A stretch of DNA of 64,000 nucleotides from an uncultured delta proteobacterium (GCA_963771175.1 CAVYSY010000054.1:96001-160000); one strand, 5' to 3'; shown: positions 52,208 through 62,592, numbered from the stretch's first letter. The notes: generated by a model not told the origin, from the sequence alone. Numbers and translations are program-made.

Positions 52208-54286
52208 AGTGCATTGTCGCCGTGGCGGCGAGCACCGCCCTCGGCTGCCCCGAGGATGAGCCACCCGAGGAGGAGGGGCGTGCGTTCTTCCCCCAGTCGC
52301 TGGCCTCGGGAGACCCGCGCCACGACAGCGTGGTGCTGTGGACGCGCGCGGTGGACCCCGAGCGCCCGGACGAGGACGTCGAGCTCCTCCTCGAGGTGGC
52401 CACGGATGCGGGGTTCGAGAACCGCGTGCTGGAGCTGACGGGGCTGCGCACCACCTCGGCGCACGACCACACCCTCAAGGTGAAGGTGCGGAACCTCCAG
52501 CCGGGGACGCGCTACTTCTACCGCTTCGTCATCGAGAGGGAGGGCAAGCGGTTCGTGTCCCAGCTGGGCCGCACCCGCACCGCTCCGGCGCCCGACGCGG
52601 ACGTGTCCGTGCGCTTCGTCGTGGCCAACTGCCAGGACTTCCGCGGGCGCTACTACAACTCCTGGCAGCGCCTGGTGCAGCTCGACGAGGACCTCGACTT
52701 CATCGTGTTCCTCGGGGACTACATCTACGAGTCCGACTCCGAGGTCGTTCCCTCGCCGGACCCCGCGCGCAACGTGCGCTTCACCGACCCGGGCTCGGCG
52801 CAGCGTCGGGACCTGAGCGGCGGACGCTCGGAGCTCGTCGCCAACTCGGTGTCCAACTACCGGGACCTCTACCGCACCTACCGCTCGGACCCGTTCCTCC
52901 AGCAGGCGCACGAGCGCTACCCGTTCATCGTCGTCTGGGATGACCACGAGTTCTCCAACGACTGCTGGGACGCGCATGCCACGTACACCGACGGGCGCAC
53001 CGACGAGTTCCAGCCCGACCGGCGGCGCAACGCGGAGCTGGCCTTCTTCGAGTATCTGCCCATCGACCCCACGGACGCGCCCCCGGGCGTCATCGACGTG
53101 GACGGCGAGCCCCGTTACCCGGACACGCGCATCTGGCGCGACTTCGTCTTCGGCGGCCACCTGCGGCTGCTCGTCACGGACTACCGCACCTACCGGCCGG
53201 ACCACCTCATCCCCGAGGACGCCTACCCCGCGACGGTGGCCATGAACGCGGCGGTGCTGGCCTCGCTCGGGGCCACCGCGGCCTTCTCGGCCGACACCTT
53301 CGCCTACGTGAACATCGACGAGTTCCCGCGCGCAGAAGGCGGTGCTGCAGGGGGCGTACGTGCTGCTGGCGGTGGCGGCGGGGCTGACGGCCGCGGATGC
53401 GGCGGCGCGGGCCGAGGCGGTCGTGCGGGGCAACCTCGCGCTGGCCTACGTCAACCCGGTGCTGCTGGCGGCGGCGCAGCTGGGGGCCGAGCCCATCGAG
53501 CCAACGGGCACGCCTCGCGGGCTGGCCTTCGTGCACATGGGGAAGCAGGACCTCTTCACGAGCCTGGGCTCGCGCTACGTGGTCATCAAGGACACCTTCG
53601 ACGTGTACGCGGCGTGGCGCTACGCCACCTCGGGGCGGGAGGCCGAGGACGCGCTGGGCGAGGCCCAGGAGGCCTGGCTGCTGGAGTCGGCGCTCGGCCC
53701 CGAGACGTGGAAGGTGGTGGTGAGCTCGGTGTCCACCACGTCGATGATCTGGGACCTGCGAGCCAAGGCGGACGTGGAGCCGGCCTCGGTGCGCAACCGC
53801 TACTACTTCAGCGTGGACCAGTGGGACGGCTTCCCCGACAAGCGGCGCGAGCTGATGACCACCCTGCGCGACAGCACCGGGGGCCGAGTCCTCTTCGTCT
53901 CGGGGGACATCCACGCGTCCTTCGCGTCGGTGGAGCACGGATTGCCGGCCCTCACCGCGCCCGCCATTTCCTCCTCGGCCGTCCAGGAGGAGGCCGGGGT
54001 GGCGGTGACGGCGGCGGGCTTTCCTCCCGGCTCGGCCGTGTTCCGCTACGTCGTCACCGAGCAGGAGGCCACCTTCCGAGAGGGCAACCCGGGCATCGCC
54101 TTCGTGGATACCGACTCGCACGGATTCACGGTGGTGGAGGTGCGCCCCGAGGAGGCTCTCGCCTCGTACCACCTCATCCCCCTCAGTGAGATTCGGACGA
54201 GCTACGCGGACCGGCCCGAGGACCTGGCGGCGGCCTTCTCCCGCCGCGACTTCCTCGTCCGGCCCGGCATCATCCCCGTGGCGTGA
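52174..54286 (+). CDS. phoD: Alkaline phosphatase D family Tat lipoprotein (frameshift about 53330)
   Basis: RRTLLK..ALGC, ASGDP, LGDYIYE, WDDHE, DQWDGF, SGDIH; TTG start with GGAGGA. Confidence 0.92.
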
Positions 54287-54293
54287 GCCGCGT

Positions 54294-55043
54294 TCAGGCC
54301 GCCATCGCCAGGCGGGGCTCCTGCTCCGCCCGCCGCGGCTGGGGCTCCCGCGCCGTCGCCTTCACCGCCTTCGTCACCACGTAGATGTAGAGGCAGTCGA
54401 ACAGGAAGATGGAGAGGCACAGGAAGGTGAGGAAGTTCAGCCCGCCGAGCCAGTCCTGCGTCATGCCAATCACGTAGTGGCACTCGATGGAGGTGCCCAG
54501 CGTGCCGAGCATCTTGCACCACGCCGCGGGCACCGACAGCCCGCGCCCGCCCTGGTGCCGGCGCGACCAGGCGAAGAAGAGGAAGGTGACGCTCATGACG
54601 AGGTTCACCATGAACGCGCCCATCAGGCCCAGCAGGTCGTGGTACTGGACGTAGAAGGCATACAGGCCGGAGATGGAGAGCATCACCGTGCCGGCGATGA
54701 TGGCGTGGAAGTTCCGTTGAATCTCCGGAATGGTCTGCAGCTCCCGGCCGTAGCGCACCAGCTGGTAGACGATGACCAGGTCCACGAAGAACCACACCCG
54801 GTCGAAGAAATGCCAGAGCGGCACCGGATTGGGGATGACCCACGAGGCCAGGAACTCCCAGGACAGGTTCATGCAGATGGCCACCATGGGCAGGCCGTAG
54901 GACTTGTCCTTGAAGCTCTGCCGGATGATGAAGACGTAGGCCAGAATCCAGAAGACGCAGCCGAGCTCCCCGATGATGTTGAACCAGGCGAACGGGTCGA
55001 ACGGTCCGCCGCGAACGTGCTCGCTGGAAAAGGTCGGATGCAT
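54294..55043 (-). CDS. Pyr4/PaxB-family integral-membrane terpene cyclase-like protein
   Basis: About 7 TM; W..AY...I..SFKDKSYGLP..AICMNLSWEF, WFFVD, RGLS...WCK..GT, FLFD..Y. Confidence 0.78.
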   Translation of the reverse strand: MHPTFSSEHVRGGPFDPFAWFNIIGELGCVFWILAYVFIIRQSFKDKSYGLPMVAICMNLSWEFLASWVIPNPVPLWHFFDRVWFFVDLVIVYQLVRYGRELQTIPEIQRNFHAIIAGTVMLSISGLYAFYVQYHDLLGLMGAFMVNLVMSVTFLFFAWSRRHQGGRGLSVPAAWCKMLGTLGTSIECHYVIGMTQDWLGGLNFLTFLCLSIFLFDCLYIYVVTKAVKATAREPQPRRAEQEPRLAMAA

Positions 55044-55045
55044 GG

Positions 55046-56242
55046 TCAGGCCACCTTCTGGTTGGAAGCGGTCTTGCGGTCCACCGAGCGCGTACCCGGC
55101 TTGAGGCGCCACAGGTCCTGCAGCTGGTCCGGGATGTGGAAGGGCGTGCGCTGGCCTCCGCGCTCCACCAGCAGCATCCCCTCGACAATGTCCTTGCTGA
55201 CGAAGCGCAGCAGCCTCGCGGCGACGAAGGTGTTGTCACCCACCCAGTCCACCACCTCGCTGATGCCCTTGATGGCGTGAGGGATGATGACCGTCCAGTC
55301 CGGACGGGGCACCTCCAGCAGCTCCGCCACGTTGACCCCCTGCCACTGGTCCTGGTCCAGGAAGAAGTGGACCATGCTCGCCGGCAGCCCATCCAGGAGG
55401 TCCGGCGTGAGCTGCTGGAAGCCCTCGATGAGGGCGGCCGTCATGGCCACGCCCTCCTTCGAGTACGCCACCTGCCGCTTGCGGATGAGGAAGGTGAGCT
55501 CGCGGGCCTCGGCCATGTCGGCCGGAATCAGCCGCTCGTCCACGCCGATGATGCGCCCCACCGCCCCCCATACGTAGAGCCACGCCTCCTGCTGCTCGGG
55601 GGTCAGGTCGATGCGGAGCGCCCTCATGCCCTCGAGCACCACGAAGGCGAACGTCATCAGCGTGCCGGCCAGGTCCTCCTGGTTGATGGGCTGGCCCAGC
55701 TCCTGCTCGTCCCAGGGCTTGTTCGGGTCGTGGCGGATCAGATAGCGGATGGCCGCGTGCATCAGCCGCACCTTCTGTGTGGTGCGCACGCCCCGGCCGT
55801 CGGGCTCCATGCCGCCCTCGGTCATCACGTCCACCACCATCTGCGCCGTCTCGAAGACGCGGCGGATGAAGCGCTTCTGCAGGAAACCGGTGCGGTGGAG
55901 CACCTGCACGCCCTTGCGCGCTGCGTAGGACGCCGGCAGCGAGTAGAAGCCGAGGACGAGCATCACCTCGGGACCGAACAGCTCGAAGAGCTCCTGGCCC
56001 TGGCGCAGCTTCTCGGCGTCCAGCCGGGGCACGTCCGCCTGCGTCCGGGCGAGGTACTCCACCACGTAGGGCGGCAGCTTGTCGGAGGGCAGGTCGTCGT
56101 TCTCGACCAGGGTCCGCATCAGCTGGTTGACCGCGTCTACCTGTCCCTCGGTGAACAGTCTTTCGATGACGGCATCGGCGAGCGGATCCCTCTTCGTCCG
56201 CATCTCGTCCATGAAGTCGTGAGTCCAGTGGCTCGGCGACAT
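55046..56242 (-). CDS. MpaB/Lcp (DUF2236) family heme oxygenase
   Basis: DPLAD, SLPASYA, RRVFET, KVRLMHAAIR, PINQEDLAGT. Confidence 0.88.
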   Translation of the reverse strand: MSPSHWTHDFMDEMRTKRDPLADAVIERLFTEGQVDAVNQLMRTLVENDDLPSDKLPPYVVEYLARTQADVPRLDAEKLRQGQELFELFGPEVMLVLGFYSLPASYAARKGVQVLHRTGFLQKRFIRRVFETAQMVVDVMTEGGMEPDGRGVRTTQKVRLMHAAIRYLIRHDPNKPWDEQELGQPINQEDLAGTLMTFAFVVLEGMRALRIDLTPEQQEAWLYVWGAVGRIIGVDERLIPADMAEARELTFLIRKRQVAYSKEGVAMTAALIEGFQQLTPDLLDGLPASMVHFFLDQDQWQGVNVAELLEVPRPDWTVIIPHAIKGISEVVDWVGDNTFVAARLLRFVSKDIVEGMLLVERGGQRTPFHIPDQLQDLWRLKPGTRSVDRKTASNQKVA

Positions 56243-56335
56243 GATGTTCTCTCCCCCCGCGGAGCGGCTCGGAGTGCTTCCCGAGTCCGTGACCATGAAT
56301 TGTAGTCAGGGCATTCCGGCTGGCTGTGAATCGCT

Positions 56336-59300
56336 TCACATGCCCAGCGCTTTGAGTGCCTTTTCAGGTTGGACGTCCGCCGGACGCTCCAACGCGTCGA
56401 GTGCCTGCAGCGAGCCCGTCGCACCCAGGCGCTCGAAGATGCGGCGGGCGTGGGCGAGGTGCGTGGCGCGGAGGGCGGAGTCCTGGGTGCGGCGGGCCAG
56501 CTCGTAGTGGGCGAGGCCCTCGTCGGTGGGCATGCGCAGGTCGCTCGCGTGGCCGAGCGCGCGCTGCCACAACGTCCGGGCGCGCTCGGGGCGGCCCTCC
56601 AGCCAGGCCCAGGTGCCCTCGAGGCGGGCGGCACGGCTGAGGGCGACGGGGTAGAGCCGGCTCACCTTGCGCAGCACCCGGAGGGACGCGAGAGCCAGGG
56701 CCCGGGCCTCCTGGGGGTCGGCTCCGCTGTCGCGTGCGTCCTCCCAGAGCGCCAGGCACGCCTCCACCAGCGCGGTGATGGAGGTGAGGTCCGACCACAC
56801 CACCAGTGGGCGACGGCGCAACATGCCCAGCGCCTCGCGCGCGTGGGTCCGCACCTTGGCCCGCTGGCCCGCGCGCCAGGAGACGAGCGCCGCGTTGCAG
56901 TGGTAGCGCAGCACGGCGAGCGGGTCCGCCCACGCCACCACCGCCTCCGCCTCGCGCAGCCGTGCCACCGCCTCGTCCAGCCGCCCCAGTTGCAGCAGCG
57001 TGGGCGCCATCTCCGTGAGGGCCCACATCGCGTGGATGATGTTGGAGGCCTCGTTCGCCACCCGCAGCATGGACTCGCGCACGTACTGCGCGGCGCCTGG
57101 CTCGCGCGCCATCTCCAGCCCCATGCCCAGCACCTCCAGGCCGGTGCACATGGTGGACCGGTCGTTGATGTGGCTGGCCGCCGAGATGCCCTGCTCCACC
57201 AGGGCGAGGCCTTCCTCCCAGCGCCCGAAGGTGACGTGGTAGGCGCCCTGGACGACGTGGGCGTGGGCCGGGCGTGCGTCCGGTGCGGTGGTGACGCGGC
57301 GGAAGTACCGCTGCGCCAGCCCGTGCATCCGCCCCAGGCCCGCCATGTAGCCCAGCGCGTTGTAGGCGAGGGCGGCGGAGGTGTAGTGGCGCGTCGCCTC
57401 GGCGTGGTTGACGGCGACGAAGTTGGAGGTGAGGTGCTCCACCAGCCGGTCCGCGAAGAAGGCGTGCTCGGACAGGGTGCTGAAGATGCTGGAGACGAGG
57501 TTGAACCGCTCCCGCTCCTGGGGCGTGCCCGGCGCCGGCAGCCAGCGTCCCAGCGCCATGCGCGACACGTGCCGCACCAGCTCCCATCCCAGCCGGGCGC
57601 TCCAGCCCCATCGACTGGTGGGCCGCCTCCGTCCGAGCAGGCGCAGCGCGCTGTCGCAGTGGCTCAGACTGCGCTCCGTGTCTCCGAGGATGAAGTACGC
57701 GTGGCCGAGCCGCGCGTTCCACCGGGCACGGCGCAGGGCGTCCACCTGCTCGGCGCCGCTCGTGGCGGCCTCCTGGGCCTGGAGGAGGAAGGCGACGGTC
57801 TCCGCGTGGGCTCCGCGCGAGAAGGCGGCATCCGCGGCCTGCTCCAGGTGGTCCAGCGCCCGCTCGGGCTCCTCCGCCAGCCGCCAGTGGTGCGCCAGCA
57901 GGGGTTGGAGCTGCTCGCCGTGCTCCTCCTGCTCGCGCTCGTGGAGCAGGGCCACGGCCCGATGCAGCTCCCGGCGCTGGGAGAAGGACATCAGGTGGTA
58001 GGCCGCCTCCTGCACGAGGACATGCTTGAAGGCATACACCGGGTCGGAGGGGCCCTCCTCCCGCTGCACCAGGCCCCGCCGCTCCAGCTCGACGAGCTGC
58101 TCCGGCAGCGTGGCCCGGTCCGCCTCCACCGGGTGCACGGCGCGCAGCAGCTCGAAGGGGAAGGTGCGGCCGAGCACGCTGGCCACCTTGAGGGTGAGCT
58201 GCTGCTGCGGCGTGAGGCGGTCGATGCGGCTGGTGAGCAGGCCCTGGATGGTGCCGGGCAAGTCCAGCGCCATCCGCTTCACCGAGGGCTCCACCAGCCG
58301 GCACTCGCCGCCCGCGATGACGAGGTGGCCGGCGTCGCGCAGGGCACAGGCCAGCTCCTCGCTGAAGAAGGGGTGGCCCTCGGCCCGGTCGCGGATGAGG
58401 TTGGCCACCGGCGAGGGCAGGGTGCGCACCCCGAGCCGCTGGCGCACCAGCGCCATCACCTCCTCGTACGGCATGCGCTCCAACGTCAGGTGTACCGTGC
58501 CGGGGGCGTCGCGGAGCTGGCGGTACTCGGCGGTGGCGGCCTCGCCCGGGGGGCGCGTGGAGAGCACCAGCAGCAGCCGCTTCACCCGCCGCTGTACGGC
58601 CTGCACCAGCTCCCACGAGGAGGAGTCCATCCAGTGCGCGTCGTCCAGCACCACCACGCGCGGGCGCTCCCGGGTGGCCTCGTCGAGCAGTTGCACCAGC
58701 AGCTCGCGCGTGTTGGCGCCGCGCAGGGGGCCGGACATCTGCCGCACCACCTCGCTCTCGGGCAGCTCCACCGGCAGCACCCCGTTGAGCAGCGGCGCCC
58801 AGGCCTCGCGCTCGGGCCGGGTGCGCAGCCTCGCGAGCAGTCGCTCGATGCGGAGGGCCTCGTCCTTCAGCTCGTTCAGCTCCAGCAGTCGCGCGAGCAC
58901 GGGGCGCCAGGCGTGGTAGGCCGAGGAACTCTCCACCGCGGTGCCCGCGCCGATGGCCGAGGAGAGCCCGGCGGCCTCGGCCTGCGCGAGCAGTTCCTCC
59001 ACCAGCACGGACTTGCCGATGCCGGCCTCGCCCTCGAGGAGCACCGTGCCGCCCACGCCTCGCTCCGCGAGGCCCCGCGCCACCGTGGCCAGCCGGGTGC
59101 GCTCCTGCTGGCGGCCCACCACCCGCGTGCCCCGCGCCGCCGTCTCCGCGCCCTCGGTCCCCACCTCGGGGCGGAACACCGGCACCGGCTGCGTTATCCC
59201 CTTCATCTTCAGGGGCGCGAGCGTCTCGAAGCGCTGCTTCGCGGAGGCCTGCCGCAGCGTGGTGGTGTCACAGAGGACGTCGTCCACCGCCGCCTGCATG

Positions 59301-60448
59301 AGCCGCGCGGCGAGGTTCACCGTGTGGCCCACCATCACGTACTCACGCCGCGTGGCCCCGCCCGTGGTGCCGCAGAAGACGCGCCCGGTGGTCAGGCCGA
59401 GTCGGAACGTCAACCCCAGCTCCCGCAGCGCGGTGCGCAGGTCGAGCGCCGTCTGCACCGCCCGCGTCGCGTCGTCCTCGTGCGACAGCGGCGGCAGCCC
59501 GAAGGCCGCCACCATCACCACGCCCTTGTCGTCCACCACCACCTGGTTGGCGCTGCCCCCATAGTGGAAGAGGACGGACTGGATGGTGCGCAGGGCGCGC
59601 TGCAGCTCCTCGGGTCGCTGGCCGGCGGCGAAGTCCCTCGCGCCCAGGTTGATGAACAGCACCGTGACGGTGCGGAACTCGGACAGCCACTGGCCGTGCC
59701 CGGCCTCCAGCCGGTGGGACACCACCTTCGGCAGGTAGGCGCGCAGCACCGGCTCCAGCCCCGGCCGCAGCTCCAGCGAGCGCACCTCCGGCAGGGGCAG
59801 GGGCTCCAGTGCCACCAGCTTCCAGCCCGCCTCGCCCCGGGGCTCGCCCTGGGCCACCCCGCCGAGTCGCCGCCACGCGTGGGGGCCGAGGATGATGTCT
59901 CCCGGCTGCGCCGAGTGCTCGGCCTGGGCCATCTCCAGCAGCGGCTCGCCCGAGGCCAGGAAGTCCCAGCGTCCCCGCTCGCCGCCCACGTCCGAGAGCT
60001 GCACCGGCCCGGCGCCGATGCCCACCTTCAGCCGCAGCCGCACCCCGTCCACCGGCTCGGCGCCCTCGACGAGTGCCTGCGCCGCCTGGGCGCACTGGGC
60101 GGCCAGTCGCACCGCGCGAGGCAGCTCCTCCTCGGAGTCCACGGGCCACAGCACCACCATCGCGTCCCCGGCGAAGCGCAGCGCGTCCCCACCATGGGCC
60201 AGCAGGGTGTCGAGAAGTTGTGAGAAGCAGGCGTCGAGGATGCCGCGCAGGCGCTCGGCGCCGGAGGGGCCGCTGTGGTCCAGCGCCTCGGCCATGGCGG
60301 TGAAGCCCGTCAGGTCGGCGAAGAGCACCGCGCCATGCTGCTCGCGCCGGGCCCCCTCGCGTGGGCGGGAGTCATCCTCCAGGAGGGCACGGACGAGCGA
60401 GCCGGGCAGGAACGCCGCCAGTGCGTGCAGCCTCGATGGGGAACTCAT
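56336..60448 (-). CDS. Tandem class III adenylate/guanylate cyclase + P-loop ATPase + TPR protein
   Basis: FADLTGFT, FAGDA, DDKG, VNLAARLM, GEAGIGKS, LDDAHWMD, EGHPFF, FKHVLVQEAAY, helical repeats. Confidence 0.92.
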   Translation of the reverse strand: MSSPSRLHALAAFLPGSLVRALLEDDSRPREGARREQHGAVLFADLTGFTAMAEALDHSGPSGAERLRGILDACFSQLLDTLLAHGGDALRFAGDAMVVLWPVDSEEELPRAVRLAAQCAQAAQALVEGAEPVDGVRLRLKVGIGAGPVQLSDVGGERGRWDFLASGEPLLEMAQAEHSAQPGDIILGPHAWRRLGGVAQGEPRGEAGWKLVALEPLPLPEVRSLELRPGLEPVLRAYLPKVVSHRLEAGHGQWLSEFRTVTVLFINLGARDFAAGQRPEELQRALRTIQSVLFHYGGSANQVVVDDKGVVMVAAFGLPPLSHEDDATRAVQTALDLRTALRELGLTFRLGLTTGRVFCGTTGGATRREYVMVGHTVNLAARLMQAAVDDVLCDTTTLRQASAKQRFETLAPLKMKGITQPVPVFRPEVGTEGAETAARGTRVVGRQQERTRLATVARGLAERGVGGTVLLEGEAGIGKSVLVEELLAQAEAAGLSSAIGAGTAVESSSAYHAWRPVLARLLELNELKDEALRIERLLARLRTRPEREAWAPLLNGVLPVELPESEVVRQMSGPLRGANTRELLVQLLDEATRERPRVVVLDDAHWMDSSSWELVQAVQRRVKRLLLVLSTRPPGEAATAEYRQLRDAPGTVHLTLERMPYEEVMALVRQRLGVRTLPSPVANLIRDRAEGHPFFSEELACALRDAGHLVIAGGECRLVEPSVKRMALDLPGTIQGLLTSRIDRLTPQQQLTLKVASVLGRTFPFELLRAVHPVEADRATLPEQLVELERRGLVQREEGPSDPVYAFKHVLVQEAAYHLMSFSQRRELHRAVALLHEREQEEHGEQLQPLLAHHWRLAEEPERALDHLEQAADAAFSRGAHAETVAFLLQAQEAATSGAEQVDALRRARWNARLGHAYFILGDTERSLSHCDSALRLLGRRRPTSRWGWSARLGWELVRHVSRMALGRWLPAPGTPQERERFNLVSSIFSTLSEHAFFADRLVEHLTSNFVAVNHAEATRHYTSAALAYNALGYMAGLGRMHGLAQRYFRRVTTAPDARPAHAHVVQGAYHVTFGRWEEGLALVEQGISAASHINDRSTMCTGLEVLGMGLEMAREPGAAQYVRESMLRVANEASNIIHAMWALTEMAPTLLQLGRLDEAVARLREAEAVVAWADPLAVLRYHCNAALVSWRAGQRAKVRTHAREALGMLRRRPLVVWSDLTSITALVEACLALWEDARDSGADPQEARALALASLRVLRKVSRLYPVALSRAARLEGTWAWLEGRPERARTLWQRALGHASDLRMPTDEGLAHYELARRTQDSALRATHLAHARRIFERLGATGSLQALDALERPADVQPEKALKALGM

Positions 60449-60584
60449 GCCGGGTATGCGCACCGCCAGGAGATGGCCGGGGGGGCGGGGCGTCCCTTCG
60501 TAGCAGATGCCGCCGGACCCGGCCACCTCCGGGGAGGCGCCCGAGGAGCAGGCGAGCAGGCGGGCCCCTCCGTGCATGCTCGGC

Positions 60585-61184
60585 CTATGCGTGCGCGCGC
60601 GGTTTACGCCCCGTGTGGATGCCGTCCAGGATGACGCCCAGCATGCGGGGGAAGAGCTGCTCCGCGGACAGCTCCAGCTCGGCCAGGACGTCCGGCCGGA
60701 GGAGCTGGTCCACCAGGGTGAGCACCATGCGGAGGACGAGGCGGGGCTCCACGTCCGCGCGGAAGGCACCGGCCTTCACCCCGGCCGCGAGGAGCGAGCC
60801 GAAGCGGGCCTGCACCGACTCGCGGCGGAGCTCCAGCAGCCGCTGCCAGAGGTTGGGCGCGTCCCGCTGGAAGTCTCGGAGCACCGAGGCGGCGCTCGCG
60901 TAGCGGCCCGTCAGCGTTCGGATGAAGTGCTGCAGGCGCTCGCCGAAGTCGAGCCGCTCGTCTCCGATGATGCCGTCGAGCTCCGCGCCAATCCGGGCGA
61001 AGCTGGCCGTGAGGGCGGCCTCGCCCAGCTCCTCCTTGCTGGAGAAGTGCCGGTAGAGCGTCTTCTTGCTCATCCGCAGCTCGGTGGCGAGGTCATCCAT
61101 CGTCACGCGCGAGTAGCCGTGGGTGAGGAAGAACTGCTCCGCCTTCTCCAGGATGCGCGTGCGCGCCTCGTCCGCTTCGCTCAC
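60585..61184 (-). CDS. TetR/AcrR family regulator
   Basis: GYSRVTMDDLATELRMSKKTLYRHFSSKEEL; GTGA overlap with P450. Confidence 0.93.
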   Translation of the reverse strand: MSEADEARTRILEKAEQFFLTHGYSRVTMDDLATELRMSKKTLYRHFSSKEELGEAALTASFARIGAELDGIIGDERLDFGERLQHFIRTLTGRYASAASVLRDFQRDAPNLWQRLLELRRESVQARFGSLLAAGVKAGAFRADVEPRLVLRMVLTLVDQLLRPDVLAELELSAEQLFPRMLGVILDGIHTGRKPRAHA

Positions 61185-62524
61185 GCGAGGGCTCCGTGAC
61201 GCGGCCCCTCGTACACCAGCTCCACGCCGCCCGCCGGGCCGAGCGTGATGTTGCGGCGCACCGGGCGCTCCGGCTTGTCGCTCGCGAGCGAGAAGCGGTG
61301 GGTGGCCAGCAGCGTGCCCAGGACGATGCGCATCTCGGACTGGGCGAAGGCCGCGCCGATGCAGCGCCGCGCCCCGCCGCCGAAGGGCAGGTACTCGAAG
61401 GGGGAGAACTTCCGCTCGAGGAAGCGCTCGGGCCGGAAGCGCTCGGGCTCGGGGTAGCGCTCGGGGTCGTGGTGGGCGAGCCAGATGGACACCATGATGC
61501 CGGTGCCGGGGGCGAGCTCGCGCCCGCGCAGGGTGAAGGGGGCGAGGGTGCGGCGGCCGATCGCCACCACCACCGGATGCAGGCGCAGGGCCTCGTCGCA
61601 CACCGCGGCCAGGTAGGGCAGCTTCGCGAGCGCCTCCGGCTCGGGCACCGGGCCGAGCGGGGCCAGCTCCGCCAGCAGGCGCGTGAGCGTCTCGGGCTCG
61701 CGGTGCAGGTGGTAGAGCGCCCAGGCCATGCCGATGGCCGTGGTCTCGTGACCGGCGATGAGCAGGGTGCGCAGCTCGTCCTTGAGCTCCGAGTCCGTCA
61801 TGGGCTGGCCCTCCTCGTCCCGCGCCGCGAGCAGCAGGCTGAGGATGTCGGTGTGGCCCTCCTCGTGCCCGCGCCGGTTCGCCAGCTCCGCCGTCAGCAA
61901 CTGGTCCAGCTCCGCCACATGGCGCTGGAAGCGCGCCCACGGGCCCACTCCGCCGAAGGAGCGCCGCAGCGGCACCGCCATCATCAACAGCGGCGTGTAG
62001 GATTCGAGGTAGGCCACCAGGACCTCGCGGTAGCGCCGCACGCGCTCGGGCTCCTCGATGCCGAAGACGGCGCGGATGATGACCTCCAGGGAGATGTCCT
62101 GGGTCATGCCCTGGGCGCGGAAGGTGCTGCCCGGACGCAGGTCGCTGGCCGTGCGCAGGGTGAGCTCCCGCATGAGCTGCCCATAGGCGCGCATGCGCTC
62201 GCCGTGGAAGGGAGGCATGAGGAGCTTGCGCTCGCGCTTGTGGCGCTGCCCGCCCATCAGGAGCAGCGAGTTGTCGCCCACGGCGGGCGCCAGGGGGAGC
62301 TGGCCGAGTGGATCGAAGAGGGCCGGGTCCGCGCTGAAGACCTCCCGGATGCCCTCGGGGTCGCCGGTGATGACCACGTTGCCCACCGGGAGGGGCAGGG
62401 TGAACGGGTCTCCGTAGCGCGAGCGGCACTCGCGGAACACGCCGGAGGGATTGCGGAGGAAGCGGAACGTCTGCAGCGGGGTGATGCGGGGCCCGGGCGG
62501 CAGCAGCGGGGTGGCCGTGGACAT
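61181..62524 (-). CDS. Cytochrome P450
   Basis: PPGP, AGHETT, EALR, PERF, FGGGARRCIG. Confidence 0.96.
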   Translation of the reverse strand: MSTATPLLPPGPRITPLQTFRFLRNPSGVFRECRSRYGDPFTLPLPVGNVVITGDPEGIREVFSADPALFDPLGQLPLAPAVGDNSLLLMGGQRHKRERKLLMPPFHGERMRAYGQLMRELTLRTASDLRPGSTFRAQGMTQDISLEVIIRAVFGIEEPERVRRYREVLVAYLESYTPLLMMAVPLRRSFGGVGPWARFQRHVAELDQLLTAELANRRGHEEGHTDILSLLLAARDEEGQPMTDSELKDELRTLLIAGHETTAIGMAWALYHLHREPETLTRLLAELAPLGPVPEPEALAKLPYLAAVCDEALRLHPVVVAIGRRTLAPFTLRGRELAPGTGIMVSIWLAHHDPERYPEPERFRPERFLERKFSPFEYLPFGGGARRCIGAAFAQSEMRIVLGTLLATHRFSLASDKPERPVRRNITLGPAGGVELVYEGPRHGALA

Positions 62525-62553
62525 GGAGCGTCCTCCTCGGAGGGTAACAGCGG

Positions 62554-62592
62554 TGGAAACCGAGGAAACTCTAGGCGTTTCCAAAGTTTCCA
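62554..62592. promoter_or_regulatory. Putative TetR operator
   Basis: TGGAAAC-cga-GGAAAC-tctaggc-GTTTCC-aaa-GTTTCCA nested inverted repeat 30 bp upstream of P450. Confidence 0.7.

Noticed and set aside
56369..60223. Long antisense or off-frame ORFs (also 28632-31679, 49556-52264, 33833-35635, 168-1262)
   Set aside because: Shadow ORFs typical of high-GC DNA, opposite well-supported genes, with low-complexity R/G/A/P translation
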